Shown here piece by piece: positions 1-9,100 of a stretch of DNA of 64,000 bases (position 1 is its first letter; every line of letters starts with the position of its first letter). The position numbers and the translations under genes were made by a program. Below the pieces are notes generated by a model that was given only the letters and a program-made list of their open reading frames with translations, was not told where the DNA came from and did no database searches. The DNA is from Nitrosopumilales archaeon. GTDB lineage: Archaea > Thermoproteota > Nitrososphaeria > Nitrososphaerales > Nitrososphaeraceae. Location: positions 1 to 64,000 of the forward strand of contig JBIQJB010000003.1 of the NCBI GenBank assembly GCA_044507735.1, read 5' to 3'.

Positions 1-167
1 ACGGTGATTCGGCAGACCTGTTGAAGCTAAGAGCAGTCTTCCCGACACAGGATGGAAGTGCACCGCGACTACCAGACACAGCTTCAGGCAGCCTCCCGCT
101 GGAATCCCACGTAAAGATTGGGTCTGAATGGTCCTCCATGATGGCAGGGCAAGTCACCCTTTCTTGA
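1..167 (+). CDS. 3' end of a hypothetical protein (partial, begins before the window)
   Basis: Open frame GDSADLLKLRAVFP...AGQVTLS ending in TGA at 165-167, followed directly by an oligo-T tract. Confidence 0.55.
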   Translation, partial: GDSADLLKLRAVFPTQDGSAPRLPDTASGSLPLESHVKIGSEWSSMMAGQVTLS

Positions 168-190
168 TCTTTTTCTCTTCTTTTTTTTCT
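168..190 (+). terminator. Archaeal oligo-T terminator-like tract
   Basis: TCTTTTTCTCTTCTTTTTTTTCT after the stop codon, between convergent genes. Confidence 0.55.
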
Positions 191-225
191 ATCTTGTACG
201 ACGCTTCTTTCTGTTACCGTATTCA

Positions 226-1197
226 CTAGTGTGCCATCACATGTTGATGCGTTGTTGTTGCGCCTTCCTCCGGCGCGACGACCAGCCCGTAAATTTGTAT
301 CAGCATAGGGTGTATGCCAAGATGTGCGGGCACCATCACGTCATGAGGACTCGCCTTGTTGTTCACCAAATCCCTCAGCTGTATCAGACTCGTCTCCAGC
401 CTGTCAAGGTTGGTAGCAGTTGCGTTATCGCTGGTGCCGTTGGTTGACGTTGTCAGTGGCTTGAGATTGTCATTGAATATCATTATCGTGGCATTTGCAA
501 GATACTGAGCGCTCTGGTATGCAGCCATATCTACGATGGTTGTTGCATTGGCCGAAGTCGCATTTGACATCCCCATTGTCGTTTCGTTTGACATCGACAT
601 GTCATGATCCATTGTCATACCGGTGCTGCTTTGATTGCCGGATAGGTTGGTCATGTTTGTAAGGTCAAACGACGCTCCCGTAGCGTTACCATACTCGCTC
701 AACACACCATTGGTGACATCTGCAAGGACCAGTGCCCATGCGGTAGCATTGCTCATCTGATCACTTTCAACCCTCACGGAAGTGGCCTCTGCCAAGATAT
801 CATTCAACATCAAAACAGTCTGGTTTGCCTGCTGTATCTTGTCCTGCGGGATTTCTCCCTGGGCTGGAAGAGATGTCACATTTCCTTCAAGTTGGGCCAG
901 AATTGCCGGCAAGGTGTTTGCAATCCTTTCATTTCGCTCCCTAATCTCGTCAAGAGTAGCGTTGTCGAGAAGACTCACCGCCTTGCTGGTGTGGTTCTGG
1001 GCGAGAGTCGCATTGCTGTTTTGGAGGTTGACAACCACCAACGCGGCTTCTGCCTTTATCTTCTCCACAAGAGAGAGAAACTGAGCGCTTTCACTCATCG
1101 AGAAGGTATGCGCGTAGGCGGACTGGTTCAGCGGATTTGCAAGTACTCCCAAAGAAAGGAGGAGCCCGGCTGCCAGCAGAAATGCAGCTATTCTCAT
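226..1197 (-). CDS. Secreted Met/His-rich helical protein, probably metal-binding
   Basis: Signal peptide, GMTMDHDMSM segment, C-terminal HQHVMAH, many NxS/T sequons. Confidence 0.75.
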   Translation of the reverse strand: MRIAAFLLAAGLLLSLGVLANPLNQSAYAHTFSMSESAQFLSLVEKIKAEAALVVVNLQNSNATLAQNHTSKAVSLLDNATLDEIRERNERIANTLPAILAQLEGNVTSLPAQGEIPQDKIQQANQTVLMLNDILAEATSVRVESDQMSNATAWALVLADVTNGVLSEYGNATGASFDLTNMTNLSGNQSSTGMTMDHDMSMSNETTMGMSNATSANATTIVDMAAYQSAQYLANATIMIFNDNLKPLTTSTNGTSDNATATNLDRLETSLIQLRDLVNNKASPHDVMVPAHLGIHPMLIQIYGLVVAPEEGATTTHQHVMAH

Positions 1198-1203
1198 TTC
1201 CTG

Positions 1204-1881
1204 TCAGTGTCCCGCTTCATGTTCGGTTTCGTCGTGACCTTCTTCATGCCCGGCATCGCCGTTCCCGTGTTCATGCTCGCCCTCTCCCAGAGGCGCGATT
1301 TCATTGACTCCTATGACAACAGTGCTTGTATTTGGAAAAGTGATGTCTTCGCTGGTTGGATTCAGGATGGCGATGTCTGTGATTGGCCGGCCTTCAGCAG
1401 TCCCCGTGTGGTTCCCATGAGGAGAAGGTAGGTCTGCGTGATACATGCACAGCTGTCCAGGGGTCGAAAGGTCGGGTATCAGTTCCAGCTCTGCGGATGT
1501 CATGTTGGGAGCCTGGCCTATCAGAACCTGGATTGACGGCTCTGACTGCTCGTTGCAGGGCAGTTTTGCAGCCACATGGCCATCCATTATCTTGTACGGA
1601 GTAGTATCGTAAAAGTGGATGAAGTCGCTGGCAGGAATCACTTTGCCAGAGAGGTCCGCAAATACAGAGTCCCTGACGACATGAGTTTCATCGTGGTGCT
1701 CTTCACCTTCCCCCATTGTCGCGTTTTGGGTAGATATCAACTCGTGATCGGTCTGTGCAGCAGTTGTGCCTATCAAGCCGGTCGCTGTCGTAGCCGCGAT
1801 TGCCATTGCTACTGCAGACAGTGCGATAACAAGAAGTCTTAGATTCACAAGCGGGTATTGATCTAGAAAAGTGATAAGCAT
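1204..1881 (-). CDS. Secreted or membrane-anchored His-rich protein
   Basis: N-terminal hydrophobic helix, EEHHDETH, tail EHEHGNGDAGHEEGHDETEHEAGH; lies 6 nt upstream of the next gene. Confidence 0.8.
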   Translation of the reverse strand: MLITFLDQYPLVNLRLLVIALSAVAMAIAATTATGLIGTTAAQTDHELISTQNATMGEGEEHHDETHVVRDSVFADLSGKVIPASDFIHFYDTTPYKIMDGHVAAKLPCNEQSEPSIQVLIGQAPNMTSAELELIPDLSTPGQLCMYHADLPSPHGNHTGTAEGRPITDIAILNPTSEDITFPNTSTVVIGVNEIAPLGEGEHEHGNGDAGHEEGHDETEHEAGH

Positions 1882-2126
1882 TGTCGCGCGTTTGTATAGT
1901 TGAATATGCTAGCCCATTTTGCGGTAAAGTCTTACATGACAAGTACAACAACTTGACATTTTCCGGCCACAATCGCTACAGCCTCCGCCGACAGAACGCG
2001 GAAATCAGCTGCGAAAAATTCATCCGTGAACTAGACGTGCCGGCCTGTGCAAGCTACCACGCACCACGAAAATTGTACTGTACTTAAAGTTTAAAATTGG
2101 CTCATTATCTATAAGATGACACATTC

Positions 2127-2597
2127 TTGCCAAGGAGTCACCACCATCAACACCACAAGCGCTCACGTGAAAGGAAGCAGCAGGACGGCAGGGTAGAGCG
2201 CATCAGTATTTCTTTGCCACCGGAATTGCTATCAGAATTTGACAAGTCCATGAAAAGTGCTGGATATTCCGAGAGATCAAAGGCGATTCAGACTGCGCTC
2301 CACTCGTTCATTGACCAAAATGACTGGGATAAAGGCGAGGACAGCAGGAATGGCGCCGGGGCAATAATGATGCTCTATGATAACCACGCGTACAGTCACG
2401 ATGATGCAGGTACTCATATACAGCACAGATTCAGCGAAATCATTAGCGCCACAACTCACATGCACCTTGACCATGACAACTGCCTGGAAACAATCATGGT
2501 CAGAGGCGAGATCAAGAAGATAAAGGAATTAGCCAAGAGCCTGTCTGAAAACCGCGGGATCAAGAGCTTGAAAGTGCATTTTGTTTCAGTCGTGTGA
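2127..2597 (+). CDS. nikR: NikR-family nickel-responsive RHH transcription regulator
   Basis: RHH start RISISLP, ERSKAI, and the Ni-site pattern QH...THMHLDHDNCLE. Confidence 0.88.
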   Translation: MPRSHHHQHHKRSRERKQQDGRVERISISLPPELLSEFDKSMKSAGYSERSKAIQTALHSFIDQNDWDKGEDSRNGAGAIMMLYDNHAYSHDDAGTHIQHRFSEIISATTHMHLDHDNCLETIMVRGEIKKIKELAKSLSENRGIKSLKVHFVSVV

Positions 2598-2766
2598 AAA
2601 TGACTGCAGCCCTCAGCATATGACCAGAATAGAATACGCAAGCGTTGACGGCCAGATATCAAGCCAGGTATCGCGGTCTGCTCAAACTACGTGTGTTGTG
2701 ACAAGAAGGTTTACCCTGCTACAGAACTAGATGCAACGAATGAATTACAGTCTTCAAAGAAGATTG

Positions 2767-2878
2767 TTGGATAAACCTGCCAACATGAGCCATCCCGGCT
2801 CGAGCAGCATGCACACATCCATCTAACAACTCCAGATCCTGATCATTTCTTGGATCTTGAGTTGGATAAACCGTCCAA
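2767..2878. promoter_or_regulatory. Two copies of a 17-bp TTGGA-N7-(T/G)CCAA pseudo-palindrome upstream of cbtBA
   Basis: TTGGATAAACCTGCCAA at 2767-2783 and TTGGATAAACCGTCCAA at 2862-2878; the second lies just upstream of the TATA-like TTTTAAATA at 2881. Confidence 0.5.
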
Positions 2879-2912
2879 GCTTTTAAATATCGCAGATAAT
2901 CATTCCAGCGCA

Positions 2913-3134
2913 ATGTCAACAGATGTTAATCGTCAGGTCACCAAGGTGATGGAGCGGATACCAAAGATGGCAGTAGGGATCCTGCTTGGCATCATGGTAT
3001 TTGGCCTATTCATTGTGGGATACGACCAGGGGCACCTATTCAGCATAGCGCAGGGCGAGCAGGCATATGAAGAGCTGTGGATGCACGAGTTCTACCACGA
3101 CATGAGGCACGCGGCAGGCTTTCCATGCCACTAG
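2913..3134 (+). CDS. cbtB: CbtB-domain putative cobalt transporter small subunit
   Basis: One TM helix and the C-terminal signature HEFYHDMRHAAGFPCH; ATG 2913 is about 25 nt after the TATA box. Confidence 0.88.
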   Translation: MSTDVNRQVTKVMERIPKMAVGILLGIMVFGLFIVGYDQGHLFSIAQGEQAYEELWMHEFYHDMRHAAGFPCH

Positions 3135-3143
3135 GTGATTGAT

Positions 3144-3866
3144 ATGAAGGCAATGATCTTTGTTGCAATAACCATTCTTGCTGGCGCCATATCAGGTACG
3201 ATCCTGTCAACCATCAATATGGGAATCGTTGAGCCATTCATTGACAGGGCGATCGAAATTGAAAATCAAAATGCTGCCGCAGTAGGCGAAATCATAAACC
3301 CGATTGAATTTGACAGCTACAGAGTGTGGCAAAAGGGAGGACAGATAGCTGCGGGTACAATTCTTGGAACATCAGTTGGAGCATTGTTTGGAATAGTCTT
3401 TGCCTATAGCAGGAGTTCCATACCTGCCTCAAACAACAAAAAGAAGGCACTGGTTCTTGCTGGCGTAATGTTCCTCGTGCTTTTCCTGTTGCCGGCTTTC
3501 AAGTACCCCGCAAACCCTCCAGCAGTGGGCGATCCCGAGACGATCACCTACAGGCAGACCCTGTACATCGGATACCTTTCGATTTCCGGATTTTCGGCTC
3601 TGGGACTAGCATTGCTCTACAGAAAACTGGGTGCAAACCAGGCCAAGAAGGTAATCGTACCATCCCTGTACGCTACAATAATGATTGTAGCACACTTGGC
3701 GATGCCTCCAAATCCCGACGAAGTCACTGCGCCAGCAGACCTGGTGACCGGGTTCAGAATCACAAGTGCCTTTACAATGGCGATCTTTTGGGCGCTGATG
3801 GCAGTCATCTTGGGCGCGCTATGGGACAAGGTCAGACCACACGAAACCGCAAGAATCTCCGTATAA
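3144..3866 (+). CDS. cbtA: CbtA-family putative cobalt transporter
   Basis: Multiple TM helices, KYPANPPAVGDPETITYRQ signature, follows cbtB; GGTGA SD precedes ATG 3144 (GTG 3135 is an alternative start). Confidence 0.88.
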   Translation: MKAMIFVAITILAGAISGTILSTINMGIVEPFIDRAIEIENQNAAAVGEIINPIEFDSYRVWQKGGQIAAGTILGTSVGALFGIVFAYSRSSIPASNNKKKALVLAGVMFLVLFLLPAFKYPANPPAVGDPETITYRQTLYIGYLSISGFSALGLALLYRKLGANQAKKVIVPSLYATIMIVAHLAMPPNPDEVTAPADLVTGFRITSAFTMAIFWALMAVILGALWDKVRPHETARISV

Positions 3867-4123
3867 CGCATCTTCTTCCTCCTTTTTTATTCGTCCAAGC
3901 CCACATGCCAGGCGATATGTACCATATACCATTTCCGCAGCACTGTCAAGATACATTCATACTCTGAAAAACAGTCTCTTTTTACCTAGCAATTTTGCCG
4001 ACGTCGGCAGGACCGCAGTGCATAAGTATTCTACGCATCTTGATCCTGTGATAGATAGAGGTATTTTACCAATAAACTTGGCAACTTTTTATAGATCTTC
4101 TCCAAACAGATGTTATGCAATCA

Positions 4124-4151
4124 GTATTACGAAATTCACAATTAGTAATAC
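4124..4151. promoter_or_regulatory. NikR-type operator GTATTA-N16-TAATAC
   Basis: Perfect inverted repeat with E. coli NikR spacing (GTATGA-N16-TCATAC), between the TATA box (4086-4093) and the SBP start. Confidence 0.7.
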
Positions 4152-4166
4152 CTTTGCAAGAGGGGT

Positions 4167-5243
4167 TTGGCGTCACAAATGTCAGGGCAACAACCTAGAA
4201 GAAAGCTAATCGGAATTATTGTGACAATAGGCCTAGCCGCTGCGATTATTGCAGGAGTGTCATTCTCTATTTTTACGGCGGGCGAGGGCAATAGCACAAC
4301 ATCTGGCAGTAATGCCACTTCTTCTTCTACCAAGGGCACTATATCTACCGAGAAACTCAATGTTGTAACTTCTGTTGCACCAATAACAAACATAGTTAGA
4401 AACGTCGGAGGAGACAGGATAGAACTAACAGGCATAGTTCCAGAAGGAGTAAATTCGCACACTTTTCAGCTGACTCCATCGGACGCTATCAGGGTCAGGA
4501 ATGCAGATCTTGTCATCATTAACGGATTGCATCTGGAAGTCGATTTTGAGAGGGTTGTCGAGGCTGCCGGCGACTCTGACTTGCAGCTGCTGAAACTTGC
4601 AGATAATACGATAACAAGGGACGAGTGGGTGTTTGATTTCAGCTTCCCCGAAGCAGAAGGCGACCCCAATCCGCACCTGTGGCTCAATGTTGCACATGCA
4701 ATAAAGTATGCCGAACTTGTGCGGGACAAGCTGGTGGAAATGGATCCTGCTAACGCTGATTACTACTCTTCAAATGCAGACAGATACATTGCGCTACTTC
4801 AACAACTGGATCAGGGGATAATGCAGGCAGTCCAGACGGTTCCACCTGAAAACAGGAAGCTTGTCACATATCATGACTCTTGGGCATACTTTGCTCCTCG
4901 CTACGGCATGACAGTGATTGGCGCTGTACAGCCGTCAGATTTTGGAGAGCCAACACCGCAGGAGGTGGCCAGAATAATAGACCAGATACGTGCAGAGGGT
5001 GTGCCAGCAGTATTTGCTTCAGAAGTGTTTCCAAGCCGAGTCGTAGATCAGATAGCAAGGGAAGCAAATGTACAGATCGTCGAGACACTCAGAGATGACG
5101 ACCTCCCCGGCGAACCAGGAGCACCGGAGAATACCTATGTTGGAATGATGCTGGACAATATGCGCGCAATGTTGGTATCGCTTGGCGGGAATGTCGATGC
5201 TCTGGAAGGGATAGATCCAAGCAACACCTACGAGAGGAGCTGA
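4167..5243 (+). CDS. Metal ABC transporter substrate-binding protein (ZnuA/TroA cluster A-I)
   Basis: N-terminal anchor; motifs NSHTFQLTP, NGLHLE, NPHLWL, YHDSWAYF. Confidence 0.92.
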   Translation: MASQMSGQQPRRKLIGIIVTIGLAAAIIAGVSFSIFTAGEGNSTTSGSNATSSSTKGTISTEKLNVVTSVAPITNIVRNVGGDRIELTGIVPEGVNSHTFQLTPSDAIRVRNADLVIINGLHLEVDFERVVEAAGDSDLQLLKLADNTITRDEWVFDFSFPEAEGDPNPHLWLNVAHAIKYAELVRDKLVEMDPANADYYSSNADRYIALLQQLDQGIMQAVQTVPPENRKLVTYHDSWAYFAPRYGMTVIGAVQPSDFGEPTPQEVARIIDQIRAEGVPAVFASEVFPSRVVDQIAREANVQIVETLRDDDLPGEPGAPENTYVGMMLDNMRAMLVSLGGNVDALEGIDPSNTYERS

Positions 5244-5244
5244 A

Positions 5245-6015
5245 GTGGGCATGGAAGATGAGATAGTAAACAGGACAAACGATCGTGCCGATGCACTTGT
5301 GCTAAAAGACATCACCTCAGGGTACTCGTACAGCCGCCCAATAGTCGAAGGGGTGACCCTGCGAGTACCTAGAGGTGGTTTTATTGGAATACTTGGCCCA
5401 AGCGGATCCGGCAAGACGACGCTTCTCAAGATAATCATGGGTCTTCACAAACCGTGGCATGGTACTGTCGAATTCGATCAATACCACGGCGGCAAACCCG
5501 TTATCGGATACGTACCTCAAGTCGAGAGCGTGGACTGGACTTTTCCAGTAACTGTAAAGGAAGTAGTGGCAATGGGAATCTGGAACCAGTCTGGCGCCGG
5601 GCCTCTGATAAGCAAGGTAGCAGGCGAGAGGATCCACTATGTGCTGGAGAATCTCGGAATAGAGGAATACATCGGGAGACAGATAAGCGAGCTCTCTGGC
5701 GGAGAGCAGCAAAGAGTATTTCTTGCAAGAGCACTGATACGCTTTCCAGACATCCTGGTATTGGATGAGCCTACATCAGGGGTTGACTATAACACAAGGG
5801 AAGCAATCCTCGGTGTGCTGGAGCGGTTGAACAATAATGGAACCACAATAATACTGACCACTCACGACATCTCGGGTGTTGCAAAGAGGCTACCGTGGCT
5901 GGTTTGCATGAACAAGCACATAATATCTGAAGGAGTGCCGACAGAAGTCCTCACTGCGGAGAATCTCTTGGAGACATACGGCCTGGTTGATACCGGAACA
6001 GTAGCAGGCCGGTGA
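5245..6015 (+). CDS. Metal ABC transporter ATP-binding protein
   Basis: GPSGSGKTT, LSGGEQQR, VLDEP and TTHD motifs. Confidence 0.93.
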   Translation: MGMEDEIVNRTNDRADALVLKDITSGYSYSRPIVEGVTLRVPRGGFIGILGPSGSGKTTLLKIIMGLHKPWHGTVEFDQYHGGKPVIGYVPQVESVDWTFPVTVKEVVAMGIWNQSGAGPLISKVAGERIHYVLENLGIEEYIGRQISELSGGEQQRVFLARALIRFPDILVLDEPTSGVDYNTREAILGVLERLNNNGTTIILTTHDISGVAKRLPWLVCMNKHIISEGVPTEVLTAENLLETYGLVDTGTVAGR

Positions 6016-6025
6016 TCAGACCACG

Positions 6026-6916
6026 ATAGACGCTCTGTTACAGCCATTTCAGTACGAATTCTTTACACGCGGGATCATAGTTGCGATAATGGTTGGTGGA
6101 GCGTGCGGGCTGCTTGGTGTGTATATCATCCTGCGCGGGATGAGCTATATCGGTCATGGCATGTCGCATGCTGTGTTTGGCGGGGCCGTCGTCAGCTATA
6201 TCATAAACATCAACCTGTACATCGGCGCAACGCTCTGGGGCTTTCTTTCAGTGTTTCTCATAAATGAGATTAGCAGAAGGAGCAAGATCAAGGCCGACGC
6301 CGCCATAGGAGTTGTAACCACAGCTGGATTTGCAGTTGGGGTATTGTTGATAAGCACCACAAGGAGCTTTACCAGAAACTTTGAAGCTATCCTCTTTGGC
6401 AACATATTGGGCATCACGGACCAGGATTTGCTAATGATATTTGCAGCATCGGCAATTACTGCCCTGTTCGTCATATTCTTCCACAAGCGACTGATTTTCA
6501 CGCTATTCGACAAAGAGGCTGCCAAGGTATACGGAGTTAAGACGGAACAGGTGGAAACGATTTTCTCGCTTGTTCTTGCAACGGTTGTAATAGCGTCAAT
6601 GTCTGCTATCGGGGTAACGCTGCTTGCTGCAGCAATAGTAGCTCCGGCCATTTCGGCAAGGATGCTTACAAATAATTTCCAAAAGATGATCATGATCTCC
6701 ACAGTTATAGGTGCCATCACATCGTTTGCAGGGATGTATGCCAGCTTTTACCTTGACTCTGCGTCAGGAGCCACAATAGTCTTGTTCAGCGCAGCCGCGT
6801 TTGGAACATCTGCACTGTATTCATTTCTGAGAAGAAAATATCATGCACACTCGCATGCAGGGATGGTTCATGCCCACCCGCACTCCCATACCGCCGAGCA
6901 CAGGCACGAGCACTAG
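6026..6916 (+). CDS. Metal ABC transporter permease (ZnuB/ABC-3) with His-rich tail; start probably ATA 6026 (first ATG at 6089)
   Basis: LLQPFQYEFFTRG N-terminal motif lies upstream of the first ATG; GHGMSHAV, LFGNIL; tail HAHSHAGMVHAHPHSH. Confidence 0.9.
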   Translation: MDALLQPFQYEFFTRGIIVAIMVGGACGLLGVYIILRGMSYIGHGMSHAVFGGAVVSYIININLYIGATLWGFLSVFLINEISRRSKIKADAAIGVVTTAGFAVGVLLISTTRSFTRNFEAILFGNILGITDQDLLMIFAASAITALFVIFFHKRLIFTLFDKEAAKVYGVKTEQVETIFSLVLATVVIASMSAIGVTLLAAAIVAPAISARMLTNNFQKMIMISTVIGAITSFAGMYASFYLDSASGATIVLFSAAAFGTSALYSFLRRKYHAHSHAGMVHAHPHSHTAEHRHEH

Positions 6917-7004
6917 AGAGACTTTTTAGTTGCGTCGACGATAGCGACAGACACAACCAATGTTGAATATTCATACGAAGAGTAATGAAGAAAATTAAAT
7001 ATCA

Positions 7005-7394
7005 TCAAGAAATTCTTCGCGGAGGCCTGAACCCATGATCAATTAGTATTTCGTATACTTCCTTTATGGCATAACAGAACCCGACATGATAGCAATCGGT
7101 ACTATTGTCCGCGTCACATCGTAGCTGCTTTTCCTTGTCATCCACATATACGTTGACGTACTGGTGCTTCCTATAGTCATAGAGTTCGATATAGTTATCC
7201 CGCTTGTCCTTGTACTCGACGAAAGGACCATACTGTTGTAGTTTCTCGTGATATTCTACATACTCTGCCAGCAGATTGTCAAGGTATGCAGCGAATTTTT
7301 GGTTCCTCGGCCGCTTTGGATCATTTTCATATAGAGAGACGAGTTTCTCTTTGATTCCGTCACGGACCGTTAATACCGTCCAACCCTTCACCAT
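7005..7394 (-). CDS. Hypothetical regulator-like protein (N-terminal RHH-like strand-helix, C-terminal CxH metal site)
   Basis: WTVLTVRDGIKEKL start; LRCDADNSTDCYHVGFC; AT-rich promoter. Confidence 0.65.
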   Translation of the reverse strand: MVKGWTVLTVRDGIKEKLVSLYENDPKRPRNQKFAAYLDNLLAEYVEYHEKLQQYGPFVEYKDKRDNYIELYDYRKHQYVNVYVDDKEKQLRCDADNSTDCYHVGFCYAIKEVYEILIDHGFRPPRRIS

Positions 7395-7395
7395 T

Positions 7396-7512
7396 TACTG
7401 TATTATACAATAATATACAATATTATAAGTATATCCATCGTTGGAATATCTCGACAAATTGACTACAAGAATATACTGTATTATGTTTATATATTACTAT
7501 AAGTTACTGTAA
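7396..7512. promoter_or_regulatory. AT-rich divergent promoter with short direct repeats
   Basis: TACTGTA at 7396, 7474 and 7505; tandem TATACAATA at 7404 and 7414. Confidence 0.45.
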
Positions 7513-7516
7513 CCAT

Positions 7517-7753
7517 ATGGAGCGCACAGCGATCGCAATCTTGCCGGCCCCATACCGCGACCCCAGGAAACGAGTAGCTGAGCAAGACACAAGTGTCATT
7601 CCGCAGCCAGACGGGATTCTCGAAAATGATTGCGCAACTGAAAGTCCTCGACGTTCATTCGTAGAAAGAGCAAAGACAGAGGAAGACGACAAGGTTCGAG
7701 AAACTACACACGCGAATGCGAGGAAGGAAAACCAAAAGGGTGATTCGCAATAG
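7517..7753 (+). CDS. Hypothetical protein
   Basis: ATG after an AT-rich promoter; stop abuts the next ATG. Confidence 0.4.
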   Translation: MERTAIAILPAPYRDPRKRVAEQDTSVIPQPDGILENDCATESPRRSFVERAKTEEDDKVRETTHANARKENQKGDSQ

Positions 7754-8038
7754 ATGGGCCAGACGGAAGTATATGATGCTATAATATCCCTCGGCGGGCA
7801 GGCCACGTATGCGCAGATAAGAGATTACCTACGTGTCCGTGGGTATTGTGAGAACAGCATACATACGCCGCTCCGCCGGCTTAAGCATAACGGATCTGTC
7901 AGAGTCAAGTCGTTTGGAAGGCATCCTGTGTACGTGATACCAATTGCAACCGCAACTTATCATGACGGTGCCAGAGTGGGGGTTGTGGCACCAGCGGTAA
8001 TTCCATCATCAACACGGCAATCAAATCAATGCAGGTAA
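7754..8038 (+). CDS. Small winged-HTH-like protein
   Basis: GQTEVYDAIISLGGQATYAQIRDYL...LRRLKHNGSV pattern. Confidence 0.6.
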   Translation: MGQTEVYDAIISLGGQATYAQIRDYLRVRGYCENSIHTPLRRLKHNGSVRVKSFGRHPVYVIPIATATYHDGARVGVVAPAVIPSSTRQSNQCR

Positions 8039-8042
8039 ATAG

Positions 8043-8270
8043 ATGACACATCAAAGAATAGGCCTACAGATGCAAAGAGCGCAGGATCGAGCCGGCCTTC
8101 AATCAAACTCGTTCGAAAGTATTGAGCAATATATCATCAGATGCTTGTATCGCAATAACATCTTTTTTGGAATAACCAGAAAGGATGTCCTGCAATACCC
8201 AGATAGCCTTATCATGTGCAAACACTGCGAGCGCGTCAGGGCCATCAGACAAGAAGCATCAGAGACGTAG
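8043..8270 (+). CDS. Hypothetical small Cys-containing protein
   Basis: IIRCLY...MCKHC; 4 nt after the previous stop. Confidence 0.45.
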   Translation: MTHQRIGLQMQRAQDRAGLQSNSFESIEQYIIRCLYRNNIFFGITRKDVLQYPDSLIMCKHCERVRAIRQEASET

Positions 8271-8273
8271 TCG

Positions 8274-8864
8274 CTAACCGGGCGAGCGTTTCACTTTGTA
8301 CACACTCTGAACCATGCCTCCGGGAAACGTACGCGTTTCTACATGCTTCAGTCGTATGTCCGCTGGCAATGGTCCAAAGAGCGGAATTCCAGTCCCTATC
8401 AGTATTGGAAGCTGACTTATGATCATTTCATCAACAAGCCCTGCGCCAAGGAACCTCTGGATAGTCTGGCCACCATCAACATAGAGCCGAAAAAGGCCGC
8501 GTTTGGCAAGCCTGTCCACTATATCTCCAGGCTCGCCGGCCATGGTTTCGACTTTTTTGCCACTCAGTTTTTGAGGAATCTGCATGGTCTTATTTGTTGT
8601 CAAAACGACGACAGGCTTCTGTTGATACGGCCATATTTCAAAACTCGCAACCTTCTCAAACGTCTTGCGACCCATGACGATAGCATCGATTCTTGCCATG
8701 AAGGAATCGTATCCATAGTCGCTCATTTGCTCCGGGCCATCAAAGCCTTGCATCCAATCAATGTCGCCATCTATCCGAGCAAGGAACCCATCTAGGCTCG
8801 TACCAACGAATACAGATACAATGGAATGGGCCGCATCGTCCACTGTTTGGTCTGAGCATGACAA
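8274..8864 (-). CDS. Dihydrofolate reductase-like (RibD C-terminal domain) protein; true start may be GTG 8843
   Basis: TSLDGFLA, MGRKTF, YVDGG, LVDE and PILIGTGIPLF motifs. Confidence 0.9.
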   Translation of the reverse strand: MSCSDQTVDDAAHSIVSVFVGTSLDGFLARIDGDIDWMQGFDGPEQMSDYGYDSFMARIDAIVMGRKTFEKVASFEIWPYQQKPVVVLTTNKTMQIPQKLSGKKVETMAGEPGDIVDRLAKRGLFRLYVDGGQTIQRFLGAGLVDEMIISQLPILIGTGIPLFGPLPADIRLKHVETRTFPGGMVQSVYKVKRSPG

Positions 8865-9100
8865 GTACTTAAAGAAGTCGAGATCAACTGCACCATCAAT
8901 TGCAACTTTACGAAGGCTGCTCTTGAATTATCAATTCCTGCTCTCAGGACTCCGGCTAAAAAGTGGCGCCTCTATCTGTCAGGAATTTGTCATAAAAAAA
9001 AGACCATAGTCAGCGTACACATTGAATATGGAACTTTGGATGTATAGAAGATGAACAATACTATATCCATTTCCAAACCATATCCAGACTAATACAGTAC

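Noticed and set aside
2598-2912. Cobalamin riboswitch upstream of cbtB
   Set aside because: No recognisable B12-box, and TATA-to-ATG spacing implies a leaderless mRNA
8889-8905. TGCAC...TGCAA upstream of the DHFR-like gene
   Set aside because: 12-bp spacing breaks the 5-bp period
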